This document shows positions 32,001-41,500 of a DNA stretch of 64,000 nucleotides, piece after piece. Positions within the stretch are counted from its first letter, which is position 1, and every line of letters begins with the position of its first letter. Under the pieces are notes generated by a model. It did no database searches, was not told where the DNA came from, and saw only the letters and a list, made by a program, of their open reading frames with translations. The stretch lies in IMG/VR virus record IMGVR_UViG_3300003937_000325, one strand, 5' to 3'. This stretch comes from a virus (Duplodnaviria > Caudoviricetes). The position numbers and the translations under genes were made by a program.

Positions 32001-33797
32001 ATGTGGTAGGTCTTGATAGGTGAACCCTTTTTTTCTTGACGTTCTCCACGCTAAGTTTTCTAAAGAAAACATGTATTTTTTAACTCCTTCACCTTTAGGA
32101 CTAAAATCATTACCTACTATGTTTGTACTTTCATTACCCCTCATTGGTGCAATGTTTAAATTGTATGTACTATCTAACACTGAGTAAGTAAACCGTCTAT
32201 TTGCCGTTGTAATACCCTCAGTTTTTTGTAAATCACCCATAGAGTAATATGGGGTATCTTTAGTAAATACACGACAATACTCCTGTCCAACAATATCACC
32301 ATCAACATCTTTATAGGCAATTACTCTTGAACCTTTTGTTAGTTCTCTCGTACCGTCATGAAACACTTTTGATACTTGGTCGATGGCATTACCAACATGT
32401 TGTAGTTTTCTAACACCTACTACCTCATCGGCAGCGTTAATTAATTTTTGTGTATTATCTAATATAGAACCTTTAGTGTATTGGTAGTTTCCGGAACCAT
32501 CTACTGATTGTGTGGCGGTAAAAGTATTTTGAACCCCTTGTTCATTCCAATCCGTATCAATAGTACCAAAAAACTCAGCACCTTTACCAACTTTTTGTCC
32601 TGCCCTATCTTTATATTTTGGTGAAACCCAAGTAAATCCTCCTTGTAATCCCCCATCATCATATGTTGAGGTTTGATTTAAACCAAATTTATATTGATTA
32701 TCTTTTTCTTCGTTTTCGTAAATTTTAGCAACCTCATCATAACCATATACGGGTGTTTGAGTTTTATTACCATCTCTATCTAACGGTAATGACTCCGCAG
32801 GGGCAACAACATCTCTCATTTCTTGTTGCGAACTACCTACGTAATAATTTTGTTTAGGTACCTTTGTAAATAAATCGGTTAAGAAGTTTTTATTATAATC
32901 AGGTATATAACGGTTTAATCTAAGTCCGTGAAAAAGTCTTGAACGTTGTCCACCACCTGTATTATCCAAGAATATTTGCATTCCTGTCTTTTCGGTGGGT
33001 AACTTTAAAACTCCTCTCTTATCAAATAAACCTGTTATTTTATTGGCTATTTGATTTAAATACATTTGTTTTGGTTCAGAACTAAAGTAATCACCAGGTA
33101 TCCACGAATATGGTGAATACACACCACTAACTCTACTAATGAAGTCTAAACCTTTACCAATTAAACTCTTAGGTACTGAAATTTTCCAATCTCTCTCAAT
33201 AATAGATTTATTACCTGTGACGATACCGAGTAAATCAAATGGGTCTGTTAACGCATCTATCGCGTTTACTCTACCTATAGTTTGTTGATATGTTTCTTCG
33301 GCTATTCGATATTGAAACTCAGTCTTAAGTGATTCCGCAGCAATTCTCGCTAAATCAGAATCTTGAGATAGTGAACCGTTATCCCCTTGAGGGTTTTGAC
33401 TTGTTAATAATATAAATGGATTGTATGAAGAAGCAATAAAAGTATTATATGGACTTTTACCGACTAATGCTGGTATCCCTTGTCCCATATCTAAATTTAA
33501 AGTATTACTAAAACTAGTTACAGAATTTATAAAGGTTATGTCATCAATAGATTTTGGCTCACCAAAACCTCCTTCAGGTCCATATTGGTTTTTAACATAA
33601 GCATAGTTCCCTTCATCAGAACCAATTACTTCCACCTCTTGAGAGTCAATAACACCAATATCATTTATAATAACTTCACTTTGTCCTGGTTGTGACGCAG
33701 GAGTAAAACCATCACTATTATATGGTTGTAGATTTTTTACTAATAATTTTTTTCTAAAATTTTCAGTAGAATCAAATGATAATGGACTTAATGACAT
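29022..33797 (-). CDS. Tail-tube initiator-like protein (gp48/gp54 or CIS-tube-like domains) with an embedded OmpA-like domain (1591 aa)
   Basis: MWFPPYDMKVSETNSANW...LGRPEPIYTY and CILRIGDFYHTKIAINQISISY...QPMLADINMSF are tube-like domains. LQGSASS...YNKSLSKRRIDSVIQYL...GE...CRRV is an OmpA C-terminal motif. Confidence 0.7.
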   Translation of the reverse strand: MSLSPLSFDSTENFRKKLLVKNLQPYNSDGFTPASQPGQSEVIINDIGVIDSQEVEVIGSDEGNYAYVKNQYGPEGGFGEPKSIDDITFINSVTSFSNTLNLDMGQGIPALVGKSPYNTFIASSYNPFILLTSQNPQGDNGSLSQDSDLARIAAESLKTEFQYRIAEETYQQTIGRVNAIDALTDPFDLLGIVTGNKSIIERDWKISVPKSLIGKGLDFISRVSGVYSPYSWIPGDYFSSEPKQMYLNQIANKITGLFDKRGVLKLPTEKTGMQIFLDNTGGGQRSRLFHGLRLNRYIPDYNKNFLTDLFTKVPKQNYYVGSSQQEMRDVVAPAESLPLDRDGNKTQTPVYGYDEVAKIYENEEKDNQYKFGLNQTSTYDDGGLQGGFTWVSPKYKDRAGQKVGKGAEFFGTIDTDWNEQGVQNTFTATQSVDGSGNYQYTKGSILDNTQKLINAADEVVGVRKLQHVGNAIDQVSKVFHDGTRELTKGSRVIAYKDVDGDIVGQEYCRVFTKDTPYYSMGDLQKTEGITTANRRFTYSVLDSTYNLNIAPMRGNESTNIVGNDFSPKGEGVKKYMFSLENLAWRTSRKKGFTYQDLPHCERGPNGGRIMWFPPYDMKVSETNSANWNTNEFLGRPEPIYTYNNTTRNGNLSWKIVVDHPSILNAIVDKELANQSNNNKVTGIVDSFFAGCRKYDIYELALRYPQFTYNDIYEIIVNSPVPEDVKEHFDFINPGVPGDEDPAVVEYVDKIKEDTYSFAYYFDNDVPGPTNATSTTSDESYQTTLTNYIAKQTDYNTYASTENKVGVKEFYEKNILTGPEKGPLHSTLLFIEGVGEALNAGSTVEVLLQGSASSPNDVNYNKSLSKRRIDSVIQYLLPLKPSNSQKTLQQWKDDGKFIIKEVASGEQVTIGGVDCTQELPEADKVYSPQAMGCRRVFFNSVVETPSQEEVPVTDEEKTVPTKDTVTETVTEEPIKYKDPTTTAKQKQEVAKIIVRKLLTECDYFNLVKESSPMVYSGIKEKIKYFQPAFHSITPEGLNSRLTFLQQCIRPGDTIPVIGDDGRPTEFNAKNTSFGAPPICILRIGDFYHTKIAINQISISYEPLTFDLNPEGIGVQPMLADINMSFFFIGGQGLKEPVNRLQNALSFNYYANTEVYDERSVVTEQRDELNQEIWESIESNVVFDGKDNIPTNDNIPNKGVTIGTIKSDELTTYPTTTATTTSGQTSFKTIMATAVEDVKNYANSITESLTQVANTYSIDGLAYFTDERNYTDGKTLGYYTDGFTGTTTDTKLFGKPKEDELQNKINNLFDEIIDDVNNDNSPLLKKIHNKNFTNADIDLYKFNIITLINEVKPNYISDYMSVMPKVVNNQLSLIETIDKISFVMTNTDGFADKARNVQQELEATDSVDKTSKNANNTYEEMENDMVTLSTDLKEFYDQIFDDNKKLVEKPFKPDYSFSIEYQDEGQYYSRFMNAMYQKILNDKDTVILKLLNDRLGNINKWDRYVNNLVDDLQRNYEKVQRKTERELDRFSKRSSVRKFNDYSPFTKEKERIFYYINVPKENINSVRDGYFNELYSGLNKGTAESYNGKVTFN

Positions 33798-33884
33798 CTA
33801 TATATTCTTTTTAGATAAATAGATGGTAACATAATTTTGTGTAAACTAAAAGAATAGATTTATACAAAGATACCCCTATTAATA

Positions 33885-35825
33885 TTATGAGTTCATACCC
33901 ATACTAGTTACAGACCCACCATACGTTCCATCTTTATTAAGTAGTTGGGAACTGATTGCGGCTATCGCGTCTGGATTATTAATTAAGTATCTAGCAAACT
34001 CCTCCTTAGTCATAACCGAATTAGTCGGCATATTATCAAGTTTTAAATTAACTTCACCACTCACATTAAGGTTAGAATTAGATGCGATGGCACTCGTAGT
34101 TGGTTCATTAATGTTAAGACTTGAAGTATTTAAATTATTCACAGAGAAATTATCTCGTTGAGTGGGTGGGGGGCCTTCCCCACCTTCATTATTTTCATTT
34201 GTATTACCCTCACCTGTAACAGGTTGAACCTCCGTATTATTTGAACGTTCAGTAGGCGTTGCGGTCGAACCAGGAAAAAGGTCTTTAAGTTTGTCCATAA
34301 AATCCCTTTTAAAATCAAATTCCCCAAATTTTATAGCCGCCATATCGAACGCTTCTTGAATAAACCCATACGCAGCATCCGCAAAATCATCGGCCTGGTC
34401 TGGACTTACTTTTAATTGACTTAATCCCAAAGAAAACGCTTCGACAACTTTATCAGGTATTTGAAAAAATTCTTGTGCCCTTCTTCCTTTACCTCTTTCA
34501 CCTTTATCGTTCTCACCTTTAAGAGAGTCAATTACATTGGTACTAGACGTTACTAAACCTTCCGCGATATCTGTAAAACCGTCACCTTGTGCTAATTGTA
34601 GTCTAGTCATATTCGTTAGAACTGATTGAGCCGCGGCTATTTCATTGAGATAACCCATCGATTTTTTAGCGACATCTAGTTCATTCATCGCATCTTTAGC
34701 TACAACTTTTTCTAATGCCGTGTAATCATTAGCTGTCATATCATTGAAACCTTGACCAATTTGTCTAAGTGTCCCATCAGGCATAGTAATATCAATATTA
34801 CCGTCTTTATTAATCTTACCAAGATTAGAAATTAACTCTTTTTGTTCATCACTTACACCACTAAGATTACCTAATATATCTAATTTCTTATTTTTTTGAG
34901 CTGCCTTCATAGCTAATTCGGTCATCTCTTGGTAACCCATTCCAGCTAAATCCGCGGCCTCTCTAAGTCGATACATCTCAGTAACAGGGATATCAAATTC
35001 ACCCGTTTCTTCGTTAAAACTCACTGATGCTGCGGCCATACCAACAACACTATCTTGTAGACCTTCCATATCCGTTTGAGCCATGTGAAGTAACTGAAAT
35101 GGGTCACCTAGTTTACCAATGGCACCACCTAACATTTGGAAACCTGCGGCGGTTTCAATCGCGGCTTCAGGGGACATTAATTTATCAGCTAAACTAACAG
35201 TTGTACCCATATCAATTCTTAAAGATTGAGCTTGTGCGACCATATTAGAAAGACCTTTCACACCATCTTTAAAATTATATGATGTCATTAACTTTAAATT
35301 CTTGTTAACACCACCCATAAATTCTGAGACATTTAAACCATATGACCGAGCCTGTTTTGTCATACCTTCCATTGTTTCCAATGTTTTGTCGGTTGTATAA
35401 CCTAATGTATCAAATGAAGTCGCCATAGTAGCTAATTCCGCGGCAGACATATTAGCGGTAAAACCTAAGATTTGAAATGCCTCAATTTGTTTGTCAGAGA
35501 AAAATGTTAATCTCATCATGGACTCATTTAGAGCCCCATATAATTTAATATTATCTTCAACACCTTTTCCAACTAATAAAGTATTTTCTGCGGCGGCAGC
35601 AGATGCTTTTTGTATGGCGTTTCCAACTACCCTTGTCGAACCCATGACCTCCCTAGCAGTATTTGCCGCTAGAGTATTGTAACCCGCCACGGAGTTAATC
35701 ACCGATTGGATTTCGGTTAAACTATTTTTAAGACTTGTAGCAAAAGCTTTAAGGGAAATATCAGCTATTTTAATATTAGTAGCAATATTACCCGTTACTT
35801 TTTCCATATCATCAGATTGGTACAT
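33885..35825 (-). CDS. Tape-measure-like protein (646 aa)
   Basis: Ala/Gly/Met-rich helical composition. Canonical position downstream of the tube and chaperone genes. Confidence 0.75.
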   Translation of the reverse strand: MYQSDDMEKVTGNIATNIKIADISLKAFATSLKNSLTEIQSVINSVAGYNTLAANTAREVMGSTRVVGNAIQKASAAAAENTLLVGKGVEDNIKLYGALNESMMRLTFFSDKQIEAFQILGFTANMSAAELATMATSFDTLGYTTDKTLETMEGMTKQARSYGLNVSEFMGGVNKNLKLMTSYNFKDGVKGLSNMVAQAQSLRIDMGTTVSLADKLMSPEAAIETAAGFQMLGGAIGKLGDPFQLLHMAQTDMEGLQDSVVGMAAASVSFNEETGEFDIPVTEMYRLREAADLAGMGYQEMTELAMKAAQKNKKLDILGNLSGVSDEQKELISNLGKINKDGNIDITMPDGTLRQIGQGFNDMTANDYTALEKVVAKDAMNELDVAKKSMGYLNEIAAAQSVLTNMTRLQLAQGDGFTDIAEGLVTSSTNVIDSLKGENDKGERGKGRRAQEFFQIPDKVVEAFSLGLSQLKVSPDQADDFADAAYGFIQEAFDMAAIKFGEFDFKRDFMDKLKDLFPGSTATPTERSNNTEVQPVTGEGNTNENNEGGEGPPPTQRDNFSVNNLNTSSLNINEPTTSAIASNSNLNVSGEVNLKLDNMPTNSVMTKEEFARYLINNPDAIAAISSQLLNKDGTYGGSVTSMGMNS

Positions 35826-35853
35826 AGATATAATTGTTTACTATAAATATTAG

Positions 35854-36015
35854 TTATCTAGATTTCTGTCGTTGTTTTTCTATCTGTTCGTTTTTTTCTT
35901 GGAATTCAGAAGAAAGTTTATCAATAAAAAACTTTCTCTCAAAGGTGGGCATTAATTGTAGGTCTGAGTAAGACATATTAACATGTTTACTTAGATAATA
36001 GAACTCATCGAGCAT
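35854..36015 (-). CDS. Small tail or baseplate assembly chaperone (T4 gp51-like; possible frameshift extension of the upstream gene)
   Basis: EFYYLSKHVNMSYSDLQLMPTFERKFFIDKL resembles the gp51-like F.L..H...S..D...MP..ER pattern. ATG at 36015, and the frame is open to at least 36060. Confidence 0.75.
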   Translation of the reverse strand: MLDEFYYLSKHVNMSYSDLQLMPTFERKFFIDKLSSEFQEKNEQIEKQRQKSR

Positions 36016-36028
36016 AATTTTCCTATAG

Positions 36029-36778
36029 TTAGAAGAAAGGACGAAAAAACTCTGCCCCAAAAGTGATACGCATAGTCACTTTTTCTCCTGACGGGGCTGT
36101 AGTAGTTCTATTAAGGTCCAACTTAGGTTCACAATCTTTCATTGTGTTTCTAATAAATTTTGAATCCATAATAGGTAGCGTACTTATAAAGGTTGATATT
36201 TTTTCTCTATTTTCATCCCCATCTATGGAAATGATTAACTTTTCTAACCGTTTAGTAACAAGAGGTACCGTTACTCCGTCAGGGTATAAATCAGGTAATT
36301 CAGATAACTCATTAGTATCTTGAATATTTAAAAGTCGACATACAACATTGACACCTGTTTTTGGTAAATTAAATTCAAATAAGCCCTTTTCATTAGGTTT
36401 TATCTTAGTTTTTTCAATGTTTAATTCATCTAAAGCCACCTTAAAATTAAAATCCTTACCTGTTTTTGGGTCTTTTAATACAAAGTTATAGTCAGAACCA
36501 AACGCAGTATTTCTTAAAAATATTAATACAGCCTCGGCGTCCCCATCTAATAATTCGTTAACATTAAAATCAGGTTCGTAAATTTTATTTTTTAGTAATG
36601 TCATCACTAAGTTTTTACTTCCTGAATTAGATAATAATAAGTTTTCATCCTGAGCGGTTAAATAACCGACTTTAAGTGATTTTTTCTTATTAGTGTAAAA
36701 AATACCTTGCGATGGTAATGGTACCACATCGTGTGGTAAATTCATATTTGCTTGTCCGTATTGTTTTCCTTGGTCCAT
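36029..36778 (-). CDS. Tail or baseplate hub assembly chaperone (T4 gp26-like)
   Basis: VPLPSQG, YLTAQDENLL, LIFLRNTAFG and FF at the C-terminus. Located between the tube and tape measure genes. Confidence 0.8.
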   Translation of the reverse strand: MDQGKQYGQANMNLPHDVVPLPSQGIFYTNKKKSLKVGYLTAQDENLLLSNSGSKNLVMTLLKNKIYEPDFNVNELLDGDAEAVLIFLRNTAFGSDYNFVLKDPKTGKDFNFKVALDELNIEKTKIKPNEKGLFEFNLPKTGVNVVCRLLNIQDTNELSELPDLYPDGVTVPLVTKRLEKLIISIDGDENREKISTFISTLPIMDSKFIRNTMKDCEPKLDLNRTTTAPSGEKVTMRITFGAEFFRPFF

Positions 36779-36794
36779 AATAGTTTATTTAAAT

Positions 36795-36826
36795 AAAAAA
36801 CCATAGAAGTTCAATGACCTCTATGG
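36795..36826 (-). terminator. Intrinsic terminator after the tail tube gene
   Basis: Minus strand: CCATAGAGG-TCATTGAA-CTTCTATGG followed by TTTTTT. Confidence 0.8.
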
Positions 36827-36831
36827 TTTTA

Positions 36832-36859
36832 AATATACAATTGATTGGTTTATTATCAA
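36832..36859 (-). promoter_or_regulatory. Possible sigma70-like promoter for the chaperone gene
   Basis: TTGATA-16 nt-TATATT just upstream of the terminator hairpin. Confidence 0.4.
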
Positions 36860-36872
36860 TACTTGTTTTATA

Positions 36873-37361
36873 TTAGTATACCAAAATACATCTATCAGGA
36901 CGTAATGTAGCTGTAATAGTAGCTAACGCATCATCACTATATCCTAAACTATCGAAATTAACATCAGTTAAAAATGTTCCTTGTAGAATCCATTTTTCAA
37001 CCGCCACACCTGTTGGGTCTAACATCTCTAGGTCTAAGTCTTTCTTATAACCTGCAGCATATCCCATACGTCCTGTTACGGACTCTGAATGTAATCTAAC
37101 CCACTCCATTAACGCTTGTGACGCTGATGGTCCAATTGGGTCACGGAATGTAACGTTTATCGTGTTCCACACGAATCTACCTGCTACGTATGTAGAGGTG
37201 TTTAAAAAAGGAATCTCTGTTGACCCGATTTGGATGTTAGGTCTTGATGTAGACTCAACATACCAAGAATTAATACCCAATGAAGATGGAAACGATAGTA
37301 TAAATCGGTTCTTCCTTTTTGGTTCATAGGGAACGGGCATTTTCATTAATAAGTCTGCCAT
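36873..37361 (-). CDS. Tail tube protein (T4 gp19-like)
   Basis: YEPKRKNRF, SRP, YVAGRFVWNTINVTFRD, LMEW, EKWILQGTF and ITATLRPDRC. Follows the sheath gene. Confidence 0.92.
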   Translation of the reverse strand: MADLLMKMPVPYEPKRKNRFILSFPSSLGINSWYVESTSRPNIQIGSTEIPFLNTSTYVAGRFVWNTINVTFRDPIGPSASQALMEWVRLHSESVTGRMGYAAGYKKDLDLEMLDPTGVAVEKWILQGTFLTDVNFDSLGYSDDALATITATLRPDRCILVY

Positions 37362-37481
37362 TGTATTTTGGTTTTATATTTCTTTAGTTTATTTAATTAT
37401 AAATATCCAGTTTAAAAGTTTTTCTATTTACTTTTATTTTTTTTTCAGTAATCTACTAGAGCAAATAAAATATAATAATAA

Positions 37482-38333
37482 TTATACTTCTTTTTTATCT
37501 CCTCCTTTAGTTAAATACATTTTAACTGGTTTATCTTTATATTCTTTATCTAAAAATGCTTTAATCTTTTCTACATTGCCTGGGTCATCGTCAGAAAACC
37601 CAATCATAGGTATGAAATTATTTTTTATATCATTTTTAAGAAAGGCTTTTTTACCAATTCTTTCACTCATTTCTTTCACATACGCGATAAAACTCCTTAA
37701 AGCTTTAATTTTACCCTCTTCAGGGTCAGCAGCGTTACCTTCACCATATGTTACAGGATGGTATTTATTTAAATCCAAATAATCATTAATCATTACGGAC
37801 GAATCCTTTTCCTCGTCACCCGACATATTACGATACTTTTTAAGATTGTCAATTAAAGACTCCTTGCTAATACCGTTATGGTTAGTCACAATCATATTAT
37901 AAATCGCTTCACGTAATACCGATGGTGTGTGACCTCTTGCAGTGATTATTGAAAAAATTGACCCCCCGTTTATCGCTTCAACAAAATCATTCCACGATGG
38001 ACCTGGTTTTGCTAATAGGGAGTCCACTATAAAGGCGTTATCACCCTTAACTCCGAAATTTCTGTAAGGGTCATCGGCATACCCTACAATCATTTTACCC
38101 TTATATTCAAAAGGTTCTTTACCAATCATACCTCGATAGTCGGCGAAGTCTTCTGTTGACATTCCCACCTCCTCGTCCTCATCGGACAAAAGTATGATTT
38201 GTGTCGGCATAGTCGCAATATTATCATCCCAATCAAAAGCATAATACTTTAAATCGGGATTACCTTCAGGGTCAAACCCTTCTTGTAATTTTTTTTCGTG
38301 ATAAAATTCTCTAATAACCTTCTTTAAACTCAT
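37482..38333 (-). CDS. HAD-superfamily phosphatase-like protein (283 aa)
   Basis: Motif I AFDWDDNI, motif II IITARGH, motif III K and motif IV GFSDDD. Confidence 0.8.
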   Translation of the reverse strand: MSLKKVIREFYHEKKLQEGFDPEGNPDLKYYAFDWDDNIATMPTQIILLSDEDEEVGMSTEDFADYRGMIGKEPFEYKGKMIVGYADDPYRNFGVKGDNAFIVDSLLAKPGPSWNDFVEAINGGSIFSIITARGHTPSVLREAIYNMIVTNHNGISKESLIDNLKKYRNMSGDEEKDSSVMINDYLDLNKYHPVTYGEGNAADPEEGKIKALRSFIAYVKEMSERIGKKAFLKNDIKNNFIPMIGFSDDDPGNVEKIKAFLDKEYKDKPVKMYLTKGGDKKEV

Positions 38334-38341
38334 CTTTCTAC

Positions 38342-38485
38342 TTAGTTTTTCTTATTAATTTTTACCATTAGTCTCTCTAATTGTGACTCAGATATAACAA
38401 TATTCTGAGGTTTTTTAGAAAAAGACTTTTTTCCGTCAGACTTTACGTTTAACGACTCGTTAAGTGTTTTTTTCTTGAATTCCAT
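38342..38485 (-). CDS. Small basic protein (47 aa; not in the ORF track)
   Basis: MEFKKKTLNESLNVKSDGKKSFSKKPQNIVISESQLERLMVKINKKN. Fills the gap between the sheath and HAD genes and is preceded by TATTTAT at 38545..38551. Confidence 0.75.
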   Translation of the reverse strand: MEFKKKTLNESLNVKSDGKKSFSKKPQNIVISESQLERLMVKINKKN

Positions 38486-38516
38486 TTTATTTTTGTTTAA
38501 ACGTTTAATTGGCTAA

Positions 38517-38538
38517 GAGGAGGGAATTAACCCTCCTC
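38517..38538 (-). other. RNA hairpin downstream of the sheath gene and of a TATTTAT motif
   Basis: GAGGAGGG-TTAATT-CCCTCCTC with no clear U-tract. Confidence 0.55.
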
Positions 38539-38561
38539 CTTAATATAAATATAGTTAGTTA

Positions 38562-41500
38562 TTAAATATCTTCAAAAGATGCTCCTGTAGGAGTAATCAA
38601 GAATTCAATATCTATAAATTCAAGTGCTCTTGTTGGTTTCAAGTAAATTTTACCTGTTAACGTATTAGAGTCTAAATCTTCAGGTGTATTTGAAACTGTA
38701 ACTCTAAAGTCAATCAAACCTCTGTCTCTTCTAATACTATCTAAGATAGGATTAACTGAGTCTAAGAACTCTTGTCTAACTTGTTCATCGTTTTGTTCGA
38801 ATAATAATCTTACCGCTACTGCCGAAATTAACTTACGTGCTTGTAGTAATAATCTTCTAACATTTATTCTATCAAGTGCAGATTCTTTAATCTGTAAAGT
38901 TTTGTTACCCCAAATAACTGTACCAACATCAGAGAAGGTTGCTATCGGGTTTAATCTACCTTGATAAAGTGTATCTCTATCTTCTTGTGTTAGTTTTTTA
39001 CGTGCTTTAACAGAATTAACTAAACCTCTCGTGTAACCCGCTGATGCGAACCATGGGAAAGCGATGTTGTCTGTTAATGCTAAGTTTCTAACAACTTCAC
39101 CTGTTGGTGGAAGATAAATCTGTGTATTATTAACCGTATCTCTTGTAAGAATCCATGGGTAATAAGTTGCAGTGTAGTTAGAGTCAATTCCTGTATCCTC
39201 TAAATTATCTACCGCCTCTTCAGGATAAATGAAGTCCGTATCGAAATTCCCTAAAGAAGGTGTAAACATATTATAATCAGGTGTTGTACAAATATAAACT
39301 GAATCCGCTCTGTCCTGTTCAATCATGTCAATTGCTGACTCAACTAAATTTGAGTTGTTAACATAATCAATACCAGGTGTAGTAAACACGTTAATGTTAA
39401 CTGATTCAGGATTATTGAATGTGTACTGACCCCATAAGTAAGCGTAATAATCAGTGTTAGCCCAAGTTAATTTATCTGGACCTACAATTTGTTTAAATGC
39501 TCCCCACCCTGTTGCGGTTGGATAAGTTATTGATGGTGCAGCACCTGCTCTAAATCCAGCAGCTCCTAATTGGTACCTGTCACCATTAGTTCTATATTGC
39601 CTGTAAATGTCCCATCCGTCAAAACCTCCTGATGGTACAACAGTGAACTTACGTGCATTTAATCTATAATATGGGTTACTTTCACTTTGAGGTTCCCCGT
39701 CAAAACTAGCGTCACCAACTTCAAAAGCGGTTTCACCTGAAGTAACATAGTTAGATGAAATTAAAATAACCGTTGCTCCTGAATCCATATGGTAACCTTT
39801 AGTTAGGTAAGACCATGGTTGTGAATCAGTAGCGGTCGCTAAATTAGTAGGATTTTGTTTTCCTTTATATGATAAGAAATCCGCATCTATACCTGCGGTG
39901 TTAGAAACACCTAAGTATGTTCTTCTTACTCTATCACCTGAACTTCTTGTTTCATTGTCTGTACCTGAAGCCGCACCAAATGGTGGGTTCCAAATAACTT
40001 CACCCGGTGTGTCATATTTTGTTTTATATTCTAAGAATGGTGATTTAACCCCTGAATACTGTCTAGTTTGATATCCTCTAAACCCACAAGGTAGTGAATC
40101 CATAGGTGCATCTTCATTCATTTCTAACATTATAAATCTTGACCTTAATTCAAATTCACCATTAGATGTACCAATTTTCTTAGCTACAAAACTATTTTGG
40201 TTGATATCCATCGTACAGTTAGTGAATTTCTCTAAAACTACAGGATTTGCGTCTGTATCGAAGAAATCACGTACTACAACATCAAAGGTTCCATTATTAA
40301 ATGAGATATTCATAATTGAAACTTTTACCTCTCTGTTTGCAGCATTACCGTCAGATATTGTTATAACTTTAAACATATCATAAACTTGGTTACCTCTCAG
40401 TTCTGAAACAAAATATGGAGTTTCAGGTGTTTGATATTGTTCTAAATACCAACCAATACTTGTGTTAGTTCCTAAATCTTGTCTCGCACTTGGTAAATCA
40501 GTTAGTGTACAATTTAAACCACGAACACGACCTAATCTATAACCAGTATTTAATAAGTTATAATATTCTTCTTCTACGAATAAAGGTACTTCAGATTTTG
40601 GTTTTGCAAAATTCGATTTTCCGAATACCTTTGATAGGTAATTGGAATTAGATACGTTAAATGATGTTTGGAAAAAGAAATTATCTCCATTTGCAGTTGT
40701 TGCTGAAAGACCAAATGTAGAGAAAGGGTTAGTATTAACCTCCGAGTAAACACCCGTACAATCCATGTTAACATCAGTTAATCCTGATACTTCATATACA
40801 GGACCATCATCAGAAGTATATGTATCGATACCTCGTGAACGTAAAGTTGCTACTACCACATCATGATAATCATTATACGGTGTACCTGTATAATTAGTTA
40901 CGTAAACTTGAGCGGTCCCTTGATATTCGAGACCAACCGTATTTACTAACGTGGTTACACCAAAGCCGAAACCTGTACCATTATAAACACCATTAGATTC
41001 TGTAAATAATGCGTAATACCATGGGTCGTTTACTGAGTCAGTTAATTCTATTGATTCAAACTGTATATTTTCAACACCTAAAACATTTACGTTACTTACG
41101 TAATTAGGTGTAGTAGTTACTCCTGTAATATTATCATATGTGGTCGAATCGACTGCTCCCCAAAAATAGGAGGTTTGTCCCGAATTTGCGTTGTTTACAA
41201 TTTCAGAATAGAAATAACCTTCCATATCTGATTGTAAAGTTGATTCACCGCCAGTATATGTTGTATATGAATCTGTTATCACACCTTGAATTGAAGCGGG
41301 TAGACCACCATAATTGGTGATAGCCACACTTGTAGATGTTCCTGAAACTCCGGAGAATGACACTGTAAATGGTCCAGTTTGTCCCGTAGCGGTCGTTCCT
41401 GAACTATCTAAGTTACCGATAGTTGTTATTGACCATGAAGGTCCTGCGTCATACCCTGATAATCCAAGTACCCTTGTTACAAACAATTGATTTGATTGTT

